Notes: generated by a model not told the origin, from the sequence alone. A DNA stretch of 64,000 bases from Candidatus Falkowbacteria bacterium (GCA_037132255.1 JBAXPN010000001.1:340113-404112), one strand, 5' to 3'. Numbered from the stretch's first letter, positions 26,073 through 35,619 are shown. Translations and numbers: made by a program.

Positions 26073-27362
26073 CTAAATCTTTATTTCCTTTTCCTCGCCT
26101 TTTGCCATATTCTTTATTTTATAAATTCCTTTAGACGCTTCGTCAACGCCAAAGATAATTACTTGGCTAATATTCTTCTTATTGGCAAGCTCTAAAGCTT
26201 TGCCAATTTTCTGTTCTTCTAGGCCGACCAGAATATTCATACCACTTGATCTTAGTAGCTTGGCCAATTTATTTATATTTGAAGATAGAGTCTTATCTAA
26301 TAAAGGTAAGTAATATTTTTCTGGTCTTGTGCCGGAAATCTGATCAATTAATTTCCAAGATTCTAAAAATATTCTAGTCGTTTCGTCCCCCGGGGCGAAA
26401 CCAACCGCCGGGAAATTTTTTTCGCCAAATATTTCCGCTAAGCCATTATAACGGCCGCCGCCGAACATCGCGCGATTGTTTTCTGGATTCTTATCAAAAA
26501 CTTCAAAAACCATTCCATCATAATAATCAAAGCCGCGAATAACTGCAGGATTAAATTCAATCCAATCGCCGTAGCCCAAATCTCTTAAAGCATCGATAAT
26601 GCTTAATGTCTCTAATAAGCCAGCATCTTTCTTAAGCGAAGGTAATACTTTTAACAAATCTTCAAGGCTCGCGCTTGTCATAAATTTCTCCAAGATATCA
26701 ATTCCCTTCGCTTCAAGACCGGATTGGAGTAATCGTTCTTTTATATCAGAGCTACTTAATTTCACCCATTTATCCAGCGTGCGCACAACAATCGTTTTAT
26801 TTTCTTTTGATAAATTTTCGGCGCTACAAAGAATTAAAACTGCATCAATTAATTTTCTATTATTAATAGCCACAGAAAATGATTTCTTCGGCGCATTAAA
26901 CTCTAACATCAAATCAAGCGCCAACTGTAAAATTTCAATATCTGAAGATATATTATCACTCCCAAAAGTATCACAATTTAATTGCCAAAATTCACGATTG
27001 CGCCCGCGCTGCGGTTTTTCATTTCGCATGAAATTAGCAATCGAAAAATATTTTAAAGGCTTTGGACTAGCCGCATAAACTTTAGTAACCATACGGGTTA
27101 CCGACGGAGTCATCTCTGGACGAATCGAGAGTTCTCTTCCTCCCAAATCAGTGAAAGTAACAAGCTCCTTGCCGCCAATATCCTCGCCTGACTTAGCGCG
27201 ATAAATATCCGCTCCTTCGACAAGCGGAGTTAAGTACTCTTCAAAGCCGTAACGTAAGCAAACCCGACGCCAAGTATCAAAAATATACTTTCGAATTAAA
27301 AACTCCTCCGGAAGCCAATCTCGGGTGCCTTTTGGCTCTTGGTTTGATAATGCTTTATTCAT
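26073..27362 (-). CDS. hisS: histidine--tRNA ligase
   Basis: Track ORF 26073-27398 starts at TTG; ATG 27362 gives MNKALSNQEPKGTRDWLPEE. Class II motif 2 region MRNEKPQRGRNREFWQ and motif 3 region GGGRYNGL. Confidence 0.9.
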   Translation of the reverse strand: MNKALSNQEPKGTRDWLPEEFLIRKYIFDTWRRVCLRYGFEEYLTPLVEGADIYRAKSGEDIGGKELVTFTDLGGRELSIRPEMTPSVTRMVTKVYAASPKPLKYFSIANFMRNEKPQRGRNREFWQLNCDTFGSDNISSDIEILQLALDLMLEFNAPKKSFSVAINNRKLIDAVLILCSAENLSKENKTIVVRTLDKWVKLSSSDIKERLLQSGLEAKGIDILEKFMTSASLEDLLKVLPSLKKDAGLLETLSIIDALRDLGYGDWIEFNPAVIRGFDYYDGMVFEVFDKNPENNRAMFGGGRYNGLAEIFGEKNFPAVGFAPGDETTRIFLESWKLIDQISGTRPEKYYLPLLDKTLSSNINKLAKLLRSSGMNILVGLEEQKIGKALELANKKNISQVIIFGVDEASKGIYKIKNMAKGEEKEIKI

Positions 27363-27510
27363 ATATATAATCTTACTATTTCCCCATTTTTTTGGCAAAT
27401 ATAGCTAAAATAATTTATCAACAGAGTTTATTTGATATTTAAAAATTATTTAGATTTTCTTTATTGCACATGGTTTATAATTTAATCATTAATACTTAAT
27501 TATTAAAACT

Positions 27511-28203
27511 ATGAAGATTCTAATTATTGATGATGAGCGCAACATTAGCGAGTTTCTAAAACAAGGTCTCGAGTCGCAATTATTTAACGTTGAAACAGCC
27601 GAAGACGGCGAACGCGGAGCCTTTCTGGGGCGAACCGGCAATTACGATCTAATTATTCTTGATTACGTCTTGCCAAAAATGAGCGGTCCCGAAGTCATAA
27701 AAGAAATTCGAAGTGACAAAAAACATATTCCAATTATTATGCTAACGGTTAAATCTGAGATTCAATCAAAAGAATTAGCCTTTAGTCTTGGGGCTGATGA
27801 TTATCTTACTAAACCCTTTTTATTCGACGAGCTACTAATGAGAATAAACGCCATTCTTAAACGACCGCAAAAAACGGAAGGTGATTTATTTAAAATTGAT
27901 AATCTGACTTTAAGCACGCGCTCAAAAATTATTCGCCGCAGTGGTAAAGAATTATATTTAACCCGTCGCGAATTTTCTCTTCTCGAATACTTACTGCGCA
28001 ATCGAGGACAAATTGTTTCCCGTCAGCAACTATTAGAACACGTCTGGGACTATAACGCTGATCCCTTTTCAAATTCTATCGAATCTCATATTGCGAGTTT
28101 AAGACGTAAACTTAACCAAAACAAAAACCGCAACCTAATTCATACTTTTAACGGTCGCGGCTATAAACTCGCATTAAATAAACTTGGTAATAATTTAACT
28201 TAG
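27511..28203 (+). CDS. OmpR-family response regulator (receiver + winged helix)
   Basis: 230-aa track ORF. Receiver Asp in LIILDYVLPKMSG, LTKPF, and C-terminal wHTH (LTRREFSLLEYLL...GRGYKL). No histidine kinase in the window. Confidence 0.85.
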   Translation: MKILIIDDERNISEFLKQGLESQLFNVETAEDGERGAFLGRTGNYDLIILDYVLPKMSGPEVIKEIRSDKKHIPIIMLTVKSEIQSKELAFSLGADDYLTKPFLFDELLMRINAILKRPQKTEGDLFKIDNLTLSTRSKIIRRSGKELYLTRREFSLLEYLLRNRGQIVSRQQLLEHVWDYNADPFSNSIESHIASLRRKLNQNKNRNLIHTFNGRGYKLALNKLGNNLT

Positions 28204-29375
28204 GATAAAAACTTTCGTCCTTTTAATTTTTCCGGGAGATATTCCTGGTCGCTGTCGTCCTCAACCGGCGTATATTTATAATTTTTACTATAACCAAGAT
28301 CCTTCATCAATTTTGTCGGTGCATTACGTAAATATAAAGGGACGGGCAAATTTCCCGAATTCTCAACTTCTGCTTTTGCCTTTTCATAGGCTGTATAAGC
28401 GACAATACTTTTCGGCGATTTAGCGAGATAAATAGTGCAATGCGCTAAGTTCACGCCGCATTCCGGCATGCCAATTTTTCGACAAGCGTCATAAGCAGCC
28501 GTCGCTAACATTAAGGCGCTGTTATTAGCTAGCCCTATATCTTCACTGGCAAAGCGAATTAGACGACGAGCAATATATAGAGGATCCTCTCCGGCTTCGA
28601 GCATACGCACTAAATAATAAATAGCCGCGTCCGCGTTGCCTCCCCGCATCGATTTATGAAGAGCTGAAATTATATTATAATGTTCCTCTCCCTTCTTATC
28701 GTATAATAAATTCGGCTTACTAATTATCTCTTTAATTAATTGATTCGTAATTTTCCCCCCGGTCTCAATGGCACTCTCTAGGATACTAAGTGCTTTTCGA
28801 GCGTCGCCATTAGCAATCGTCGCAATCAAGCCACTAACATCGGCAGAAATTTTCGCTTTTAGATCTTTAGCGGCGCGCTTAATTATTTCTTCTAAATCGC
28901 TAGCGCTAAGCGCCTCGAGGACGACAACTTTAACACGGGAGAGCAAGGCGCCGTTTACAGCGAAGCTAGGATTTTCAGTTGTCGCGCCAATTAAAGTTAT
29001 GGTCCCATTCTCAACTTGTGGCAAAAGCGCATCCTGTTGTGCTTTGTTCCAGCGATGTATTTCATCGATAAATAAAATAGTTTTAGTCCCAAGCCGCTTA
29101 CTCTCTTTAGCACGGTCAACAATTATTTTTAAATCTTTAATTCCGCTCGAAGTCGCGCTTAATTCATGAAACTCAGATTTTGTTTCTTTGGCGATAATAA
29201 AAGACAGGGTTGTCTTACCGCTACCTGGAGGACCCCAAAATACTAAGGACGGAACCTTATCATTTTTAATCGCCTGGTAAAGCCAGCCTTTCTCCCCAAT
29301 ACTTTTTTCCTGACCAACAAATTCACTCAAATTTTTAGGGCGAAAATATGTTGCCAGTGGTATGTCTTTTAACAT
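28200..29375 (-). CDS. rarA: replication-associated recombination protein A (AAA+ ATPase)
   Basis: 391-aa track ORF. Walker A GPPGSGKTT, FIDEIHRWNKAQQDALLP, and a C-terminal MgsA-type helical domain. Its 3' end overlaps the response-regulator stop by 4 nt. Confidence 0.9.
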   Translation of the reverse strand: MLKDIPLATYFRPKNLSEFVGQEKSIGEKGWLYQAIKNDKVPSLVFWGPPGSGKTTLSFIIAKETKSEFHELSATSSGIKDLKIIVDRAKESKRLGTKTILFIDEIHRWNKAQQDALLPQVENGTITLIGATTENPSFAVNGALLSRVKVVVLEALSASDLEEIIKRAAKDLKAKISADVSGLIATIANGDARKALSILESAIETGGKITNQLIKEIISKPNLLYDKKGEEHYNIISALHKSMRGGNADAAIYYLVRMLEAGEDPLYIARRLIRFASEDIGLANNSALMLATAAYDACRKIGMPECGVNLAHCTIYLAKSPKSIVAYTAYEKAKAEVENSGNLPVPLYLRNAPTKLMKDLGYSKNYKYTPVEDDSDQEYLPEKLKGRKFLS

Positions 29376-29550
29376 AATAATTTATCAATTTTCTGCGTAT
29401 TAATAATCATCTAGTCTTTAAATTCTACCCCTTTTGGGTATTTTTTTAAACTTGACAAAAGCATATTTATATGTTTAGATAGAATAATAATCGTAGCTTA
29501 ACAATACAGTAATTAATAATTAATCAATATAAACCAAATAACCTAGAAAA

Positions 29551-30342
29551 ATGACCAGAAACCCCGGGCCATCATGGCTGTGGATATCAGCAATGATATC
29601 AATTTATGAATTGATTGAAAAAATTACGAAGCCGCTAAAAATCTTTAGTCTTATTCTGGCAATAAGTGCTGGCGCTTACTTCCTTCTAAAATTCCTGGTT
29701 GATTTTATCGCCTCGAATTGGATACTAAATTCAAAGGCAGAAATAATACCTGTTTGGTTTATGCTGATATTTTTAGTCTATCATGTGCTTAATTATAAGT
29801 TGCAAAAGACTAACATACCGCTCATCGCAATGATTCTCTGGCCTATTAACATTATTATGGGTCTATGCCTATTCCTATTATCCATCATGAATCATTTCGG
29901 TCTACTAGAACCAGTCTATAAACTCGTCTTGAGTTGGCCCAACATTGTCGTTGGAATCAATATGCTTTCGCTCTCAATCGGCCATTATAGTCGGTCTCGT
30001 TATCTGAGAACCTCGTCTCTCACTACCGACAAAAAAGACGATGGATTTGGATTAATTTCCAGCATATTAGCAAGCGGGGCAACGATAATTTTCTGCGCTC
30101 AGATACCACTTCTAGTACACAATCTTATGCGACCAGAATATAGATTTGAGGCCATTAGGTATTTATCATATACCCTCGATTTTATCGGCATCGCCTTCCT
30201 AATCACATTTATCTTCACTTTAGCAATGATTGGCCTGCTTGAAGAAGCAAACAGCGAAATCCAGGGCAACGGTAATATAGTAGATGATTTCCGACCAACT
30301 GATTGGCAAAACGATTGGCAATCGCCTATTCGATACCTGTAG
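29551..30342 (+). CDS. integral membrane protein of unknown function
   Basis: 263-aa track ORF with about 6 hydrophobic segments. TTGACA (about 29453) with TAGATA 18 nt downstream is a possible promoter. Confidence 0.55.
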   Translation: MTRNPGPSWLWISAMISIYELIEKITKPLKIFSLILAISAGAYFLLKFLVDFIASNWILNSKAEIIPVWFMLIFLVYHVLNYKLQKTNIPLIAMILWPINIIMGLCLFLLSIMNHFGLLEPVYKLVLSWPNIVVGINMLSLSIGHYSRSRYLRTSSLTTDKKDDGFGLISSILASGATIIFCAQIPLLVHNLMRPEYRFEAIRYLSYTLDFIGIAFLITFIFTLAMIGLLEEANSEIQGNGNIVDDFRPTDWQNDWQSPIRYL

Positions 30343-30387
30343 CCAGTCTTTCAAAAAACGTTCTTTCAAAGTCAGAGAATAATCTCT

Positions 30388-30422
30388 AAAAAAGCCCGAA
30401 CTTTTAAAGTTCGGGCTTTTTA
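30388..30422. terminator. bidirectional terminator (29551-30342 / sdpI-like convergent)
   Basis: 11-bp stem AGCCCGAACTT (30393-30403) / AAGTTCGGGCT (30407-30417), A-run before, T-run after. Confidence 0.7.
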
Positions 30423-30442
30423 ATTTTTCAAAATATTAAAGC

Positions 30443-31117
30443 TTATTTTGAATTATTTTCTTTCTTTTCTTTAATAAACAAAACATAAGAATAAATCGGC
30501 AAAGCAAAAATAATTAATGCCATCGCAAGAACAAAGAACACAATTTTAAGTTTTGTCGTTACTAAAATCGTGGCAGCCATCAGAAGCCCGGAAATAACAA
30601 AAATACGGCTACTAAGTTCATGGGTTTTATCCCAAACCTTTTCTGAAGACATAGTCCAAGGGGTGCGGATGCCCATGAACCAATTCATTTTTACATTCTT
30701 GAGTAAGCGGCCAATAATAATAAATAAAGCGCCAACCATTACCGGTACGTAGAGAGCAACATCAATCGGGAAGCCTAAGCCGTTTAAGCCGGTCAGAAAA
30801 TATAAAATAAATAAGAATGAAATCATCAAGTCTTTAAATTTATGATAGATCGGCGCGAAGGTCATATATTGATCTTTTTTTGGATCAAGATACGGCACAA
30901 TTATAAAAACGATATACATTGCCAGCATCATTAGAGGAACTAGAAATGCAGCGAGCAAGGGGCCACTATAGCCATCTACTTGCCCGTTAATTCCCCAATG
31001 GCTCGCAACCCGAGCCGGAAAATTTTGCCAAAAATAAAATCCGGAAATTATGGAAATAATAATAAGACAAAGCGAAAACCACTCCGTCTTAAAATTTGAT
31101 TTGATTGGACTTAACAT
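30443..31117 (-). CDS. SdpI/YhfL-family membrane protein (DUF1648 + SdpI-like)
   Basis: 224-aa track ORF. FPARVASHWGINGQVDGYS fits the DUF1648 pattern and NWFMGIRTPWTMSSEKVWDKTH fits the SdpI pattern. Confidence 0.7.
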   Translation of the reverse strand: MLSPIKSNFKTEWFSLCLIIISIISGFYFWQNFPARVASHWGINGQVDGYSGPLLAAFLVPLMMLAMYIVFIIVPYLDPKKDQYMTFAPIYHKFKDLMISFLFILYFLTGLNGLGFPIDVALYVPVMVGALFIIIGRLLKNVKMNWFMGIRTPWTMSSEKVWDKTHELSSRIFVISGLLMAATILVTTKLKIVFFVLAMALIIFALPIYSYVLFIKEKKENNSK

Positions 31118-31212
31118 ATTATTTAGATTTATAAATTATTCCAAATATACCAATATAATAGCATATTTTTGGAAAATTTACCAGTACTTAAGAGAGGAGG
31201 CCTTGAAGAGTC

Positions 31213-31241
31213 TTGCAAGTAATTTTTCCTTATGCTATTAT
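31213..31241 (+). promoter_or_regulatory. promoter candidate of the copper operon
   Basis: TTGCAA (31213-31218), 17-nt spacer, TATTAT (31236-31241). Confidence 0.5.
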
Positions 31242-31246
31242 TTTAA

Positions 31247-31269
31247 TACCTACACCCCAGGTATAGGTA
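31247..31269 (+). promoter_or_regulatory. CsoR-type operator candidate
   Basis: TACCTACACCCCAGGTATAGGTA. It has TACCT/AGGTA arms around a C-tract and a second TAGGTA arm, immediately downstream of the -10. Known CsoR operators are G/C tracts flanked by AT-rich inverted repeats (TACC...GGTA type). Confidence 0.5.
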
Positions 31270-31297
31270 ATTAAAATATTTATAAAAACATAAAACT

Positions 31298-31570
31298 ATG
31301 GACAAGGAAAAAAAGAATATCTTAATCGCTTTTAAAAAATCTCGTAGCCTCTGTGAAAATTTAATCAACATGACCGAGCAGGGAGAGTATTGTGTGAATA
31401 TCATGCAACAAAATCTCGCAGTGATTGGACTCTTAAAATCAGCGCATCAACAGCTAATGGCCAACCATCTCAATACCTGTTTTAAAAATGCCATGGCCTC
31501 AAAAAATGAAAATATCAAAAAACGAATGGTTGAAGAAATTTTGAAAGTTAATAAATTAGCTGGAAAATAA
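31298..31570 (+). CDS. csoR: copper-sensing transcriptional repressor, CsoR/RcnR (DUF156) family
   Basis: 90-aa track ORF. Cys (EYC), then His 25 residues later and Cys 4 residues after that (NHLNTC). This is the C-H-C Cu(I) ligand spacing of CsoR. Confidence 0.8.
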   Translation: MDKEKKNILIAFKKSRSLCENLINMTEQGEYCVNIMQQNLAVIGLLKSAHQQLMANHLNTCFKNAMASKNENIKKRMVEEILKVNKLAGK

Positions 31571-31584
31571 TTATATTTAAAAAT

Positions 31585-32931
31585 ATGTCTAATAAGATAG
31601 TTGTCTCCGTCGGCGGTTTACACTGCAAAGCCTGTGAACTTCTAAGCGAAGACAGTTTGCAAAGAATCAAAAATGTTACTCGCGCTATAGTTAATCATAA
31701 AACTGGTGAGGCAGAAATATATTATAAGGGCGATGCACCTGCTCTCTCTGAAATAAAAACTAATCTTGAGGAATTGGGTTACAAATTAAATACCAAAGAT
31801 GCTAATTCGGAAGAAAAAAGTAATTATAATTGGGTCTGGTTGGCGCTCGGAGTTATTATTATCTATTGGTTTATTAGTAGCTATAATTTTTTTGACTTTA
31901 GTTCCTTTCTCGGCCAACAAGAATTCTCTCTTCCCCTCGCGCTCCTTGTCGGGCTGGTCGCTGGAGTGTCGACTTGTTTAGCGCTGGTCGGCGGATTAGT
32001 CCTCGGCGTAGCCACAACATACTCCAAAAATCATCCAGAAGCAACAAAACTCCAAAAATTTCAACCTCATCTTTTATTTAATGCCGGTCGTGTTATCGGT
32101 TTTTTTATTCTCGGCGGAATTCTTGGTCTTGTCGGATCAACCTTCAAACTTTCGCCACTGTTTAACGGCATTCTGATAATTATTGTTGGCCTGGTGATAT
32201 TATTTATGGGCTTAAAATTATTAAATGTTTTACCGGCCCTTAATGATATTGATATTAGTCTACCAAAAAGATTTGGTCGCGGGACAAGAACAAATAATGC
32301 GCTAATTCTCGGCGCTTTGACATTTTTTCTTCCCTGCGGCTTTACGCAAGCAATGCAAATTTACGCACTCGGCACAGGAAGCTTTATTAATGGCGGACTA
32401 GTTATGGCACTCTTTGCGCTTGGCACTGCTCCAGGATTATTGGGCATCGGTGGTTTAGCCTCAATTATGAAAAAAAGTAATTCCAATACTTTCTTTAGAG
32501 TTGCGGGCGCAATCATTATTATTTTCGCGCTTATTAATCTAAACAATGGATTAAAACTAATTCATGTCTCAAGCGCCGGTGATTTTTCAACAGACGCAAA
32601 AACTGAAACAACGGAAACAGAAAACAAGCCCGAACTAAGTCCCGGGGTTGAAATTATTGATAATGTCCAGGTAGTCACAATGACGGAAACAAATCGCGGC
32701 TACGTCCCGAATCATTTCACAATTAGCAAAGGCATGCCCGTCCGCTGGCTCATTGAAGCCAAGGCGCCATATTCTTGCGCGAGTGCCCTAATCGTACCGT
32801 CGCTACAAATTCAGAAACAATTAGATCCAGGAGAAAATGTAATTGAATTCACTCCAAGCAAAACTGGGACTATCCCCTTCTCCTGTTCAATGGGAATGTA
32901 TACCGGTAGTTTTACGGTTATTGATAAATAA
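31585..32931 (+). CDS. HMA domain / TauE-SafE (DsbD_2-like) permease / C-terminal cupredoxin-like fusion protein
   Basis: 448-aa track ORF. N-terminal metal-binding GLHCKAC, a polytopic core with FFLPCGFTQAMQIYAL, and a C-terminal beta domain (PNHFTISKGMPVRWLIEA...GTIPFSCSMGMYTGSFTV) of cupredoxin_1 type. Confidence 0.75.
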   Translation: MSNKIVVSVGGLHCKACELLSEDSLQRIKNVTRAIVNHKTGEAEIYYKGDAPALSEIKTNLEELGYKLNTKDANSEEKSNYNWVWLALGVIIIYWFISSYNFFDFSSFLGQQEFSLPLALLVGLVAGVSTCLALVGGLVLGVATTYSKNHPEATKLQKFQPHLLFNAGRVIGFFILGGILGLVGSTFKLSPLFNGILIIIVGLVILFMGLKLLNVLPALNDIDISLPKRFGRGTRTNNALILGALTFFLPCGFTQAMQIYALGTGSFINGGLVMALFALGTAPGLLGIGGLASIMKKSNSNTFFRVAGAIIIIFALINLNNGLKLIHVSSAGDFSTDAKTETTETENKPELSPGVEIIDNVQVVTMTETNRGYVPNHFTISKGMPVRWLIEAKAPYSCASALIVPSLQIQKQLDPGENVIEFTPSKTGTIPFSCSMGMYTGSFTVIDK

Positions 32932-32954
32932 ATTAAATATTTAAATATAAATAT

Positions 32955-35225
32955 ATGGAAAACAAATTAACCGTTGGTATTACCGGGATGCACTGCGCAT
33001 CCTGCGCCAAAATCATCGAGAAAGAATTAATCAAAGATCCTAATATTAAATCGGTAAATATTAATCCTGTCAGCGAACAAGCTGAGATTATAGCAGTTAA
33101 TAGTCTCAACCAAAAAGAAATTAACAATACCTTAAATAAATTAGGATATAGCATCAAGTTTCCAAATAGCTCAGATACTCCAAATGAAGAATCTGAACTT
33201 AATAGTTTAATGCAAGATAAACTCTTAGAATTAAAGAGTCAAAAACAAAAGCTGCAAGTCGCCATTCCCCTAATGTCCATAATACTTTTTATTGTCTTTT
33301 GGTCTCTCGCTGCTAAATATCTTAAATTCCAGCCAGCGGAATTAGTTCCCGGAACCATACTATTGCCGATTGTTTTCTCAGTCGCCACTCTTATTATTTT
33401 TTGGGTCGGTCGTCATTTTTTAACAGCCGCTCTTCGTTTCTTTCGCTATGGGAAAGCTAACATGGACACCTTGATTGGTATCGGCACCGGTGTCGCTTAC
33501 TTCTATTCTACCTTAATTTATCTTTTTCCGATTATCAAAACTAGCCTCGGCTTGGGCGACGCCTATTTCTTTGATGTTACAATAGTTGTTATCACTCTAG
33601 TGTATCTCGGCAAATTTTTAGAGAATAAAGCCAAGCTTAGAACTAACCAAACAATTGAAAAATTGATTGCCCTGCAAACTAAGACTGCTTTAGTAGAACG
33701 TAATGGGCAAGAAGTAGAAATCTCTATTAGCGCTCTAAACATCGATGATATAGTTATTGTTAAGCCGGGTATGAAAATACCGGCTGATGGCGAAGTCGTA
33801 TTCGGCGCATCAGCTGTTGACGAGGCTTTAATCACCGGAGAATCGCTCCCGGTAGACAAAAAAATTGGCGACTCTGTTATCGGGTCAACTATAAACAAAG
33901 AGGGTTTGTTAAAAATTAAAATTAATAAAGTCGGAAACACAACAGTGCTGGCTACAATTATTAAGGCGATTGAAACGGCACAGAACTCTAAAGCACCAAT
34001 TCAAAAACTAGCTGATTACGTTGCAGGAATATTTGTTCCAATCGTGCTTGCTCTTGCGGCGATAACTCTTATTAGTTGGCTCCTCATCGGACCACAATAT
34101 CTCGGCTGGTCAAAAACCGTGAGTCTCGGTATTACCTGCTTTGTCAGTTTATTAGCGATTGCTTGCCCCTGCGCGCTCGGCCTAGCGACTCCGACAGGAA
34201 TCATGGTTGGTCTTGGCCTCGCCAGTAAAAATGGCTTACTTATAAAAAATGCTGCTAGTCTAGAAAAATTCGGTAAGACAAAAATAATGGTTTTCGATAA
34301 AACCGGGACAATAACAGCTGGCGAACCAAGCGTAATCGATACTATTGCTTATGGAATAAAAATAGAGGAATTAATAAATATATCTGCGACTTTAGAAAAT
34401 AATTCCGAGCACCCTCTGGCAAAAGCAATAATAAATTTTGCCAATGAAAAAAATATTTCCATTGGCAAGACTCTCGACTTCCAAGCAATAATCGGCAAAG
34501 GAGTTAGCGGCGAAATAAATGCTAATAAATATTGGCTCGGTAATTCTAAATTAATTTCCGAACTTAGTCTTAAACTTCCCGAATCTGATATCACAAAACT
34601 AGAGAAAGAAGGTAAGACAATTATGTATCTCGCTGACTCAGAAAAAATATTAGGACTAATCGCCGTTGCAGACAAGATTAAACCCGATGCTCAAAAAGCT
34701 ATTTCTGATTTAAAAAAATTAGGAATTAAAACAATAATGTTATCTGGCGATCGCGAAGAGGTAGCAAAATATATTGCTGCTCAAGCTGGAATTGATGAAG
34801 TTATTGCCGAAGTCTCTCCGCTCGAAAAAGCATCAAAAATCGAACAACTTAAAAAAACAGGACTAATTGTCGCAATGGTCGGAGATGGAGTCAATGACGC
34901 TGTTGCTCTTGTCGCCGCTCATATTGGTATCGCCATGGCCACAGGGTCTGACGTCGCAATTGAATCAGCTGACATAACAATCCTCCATGGTGATTTAAAC
35001 AAAATAACCAAGGCGCTTAAAATTTCCCGCTTAACAATGAATAAGATTAAGCAAAATTTATTTTGGGCATTCTTCTATAATATTATCGCCATCCCAATTG
35101 CAGCTGGCGTGTTCTACCCCTCTTTCGGTCTACTACTTAGCCCGATAATTGCTGCTGGCGCCATGTCTTTATCCTCACTAAGTATTGTCTTTAATACTCT
35201 GCTTATGCGCCGAGCAAGAATCTAA
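32955..35225 (+). CDS. copA: copper-translocating P1B-type ATPase
   Basis: 756-aa track ORF. N-terminal GMHCASC, transmembrane CPC, DKTGT phosphorylation site, GDGVNDA hinge. Confidence 0.9.
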   Translation: MENKLTVGITGMHCASCAKIIEKELIKDPNIKSVNINPVSEQAEIIAVNSLNQKEINNTLNKLGYSIKFPNSSDTPNEESELNSLMQDKLLELKSQKQKLQVAIPLMSIILFIVFWSLAAKYLKFQPAELVPGTILLPIVFSVATLIIFWVGRHFLTAALRFFRYGKANMDTLIGIGTGVAYFYSTLIYLFPIIKTSLGLGDAYFFDVTIVVITLVYLGKFLENKAKLRTNQTIEKLIALQTKTALVERNGQEVEISISALNIDDIVIVKPGMKIPADGEVVFGASAVDEALITGESLPVDKKIGDSVIGSTINKEGLLKIKINKVGNTTVLATIIKAIETAQNSKAPIQKLADYVAGIFVPIVLALAAITLISWLLIGPQYLGWSKTVSLGITCFVSLLAIACPCALGLATPTGIMVGLGLASKNGLLIKNAASLEKFGKTKIMVFDKTGTITAGEPSVIDTIAYGIKIEELINISATLENNSEHPLAKAIINFANEKNISIGKTLDFQAIIGKGVSGEINANKYWLGNSKLISELSLKLPESDITKLEKEGKTIMYLADSEKILGLIAVADKIKPDAQKAISDLKKLGIKTIMLSGDREEVAKYIAAQAGIDEVIAEVSPLEKASKIEQLKKTGLIVAMVGDGVNDAVALVAAHIGIAMATGSDVAIESADITILHGDLNKITKALKISRLTMNKIKQNLFWAFFYNIIAIPIAAGVFYPSFGLLLSPIIAAGAMSLSSLSIVFNTLLMRRARI

Positions 35226-35249
35226 ACTCAGATGTCGATGTAAATTTAA

Positions 35250-35283
35250 AAAGGCGATCCGTAATGGTCGCCTTTGTTTTTTT
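35250..35283 (+). terminator. rho-independent terminator of the copper operon
   Basis: AAGGCGATC (35251-35259) / GGTCGCCTT (35266-35274) followed by GTTTTTTT. Confidence 0.7.
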
Positions 35284-35590
35284 AGTATTCCGCCTCTTCA
35301 CAGCAGTCAGAATTTGCCAATTGTTTTTTTAATGCAGCCAATATATCTCCTATAGTCTTAAAGGAGAAATATTCATCATCCTCAACAAAAATTTTTAGAT
35401 TGACTTCAATGTCAATTATAGTCTCTGCTAAGTTCAAGAATGCTTTGCTATCGTGCCCTAAATCATGGTTTGACATGCCAATCTCCGATAACGGCGTATT
35501 AAGGTCAAACTGTATGGTTGGTTCAGGAAATACATGCTGCTTGATAGCGGCATAAATCATGGCGATCAATTCGTCATCAGAATACGTCAT
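35282..35590 (-). CDS. small acidic protein, carrier-protein-like helical pattern
   Basis: 102-aa track ORF. LSEIGMSNHDLGHDSKAFLNLAETIIDIEVNLKI...FKTIGDILAAL resembles the ACP/PCP layout (DS-helix, then an amphipathic helix). C-terminal DCCEEAEY. Weak call. Confidence 0.45.
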   Translation of the reverse strand: MTYSDDELIAMIYAAIKQHVFPEPTIQFDLNTPLSEIGMSNHDLGHDSKAFLNLAETIIDIEVNLKIFVEDDEYFSFKTIGDILAALKKQLANSDCCEEAEY

Positions 35591-35619
35591 TTTTTGGTGG
35601 TTTTTGGTTATTTATAAAC

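Noticed and set aside
31050-31274. 74-aa plus-strand ORF spanning the sdpI-like start and the copper-operon promoter
   Set aside because: It overlaps the 5' end of the sdpI-like gene antisense, then runs through the promoter and the CsoR operator. The region is better explained as regulatory DNA.
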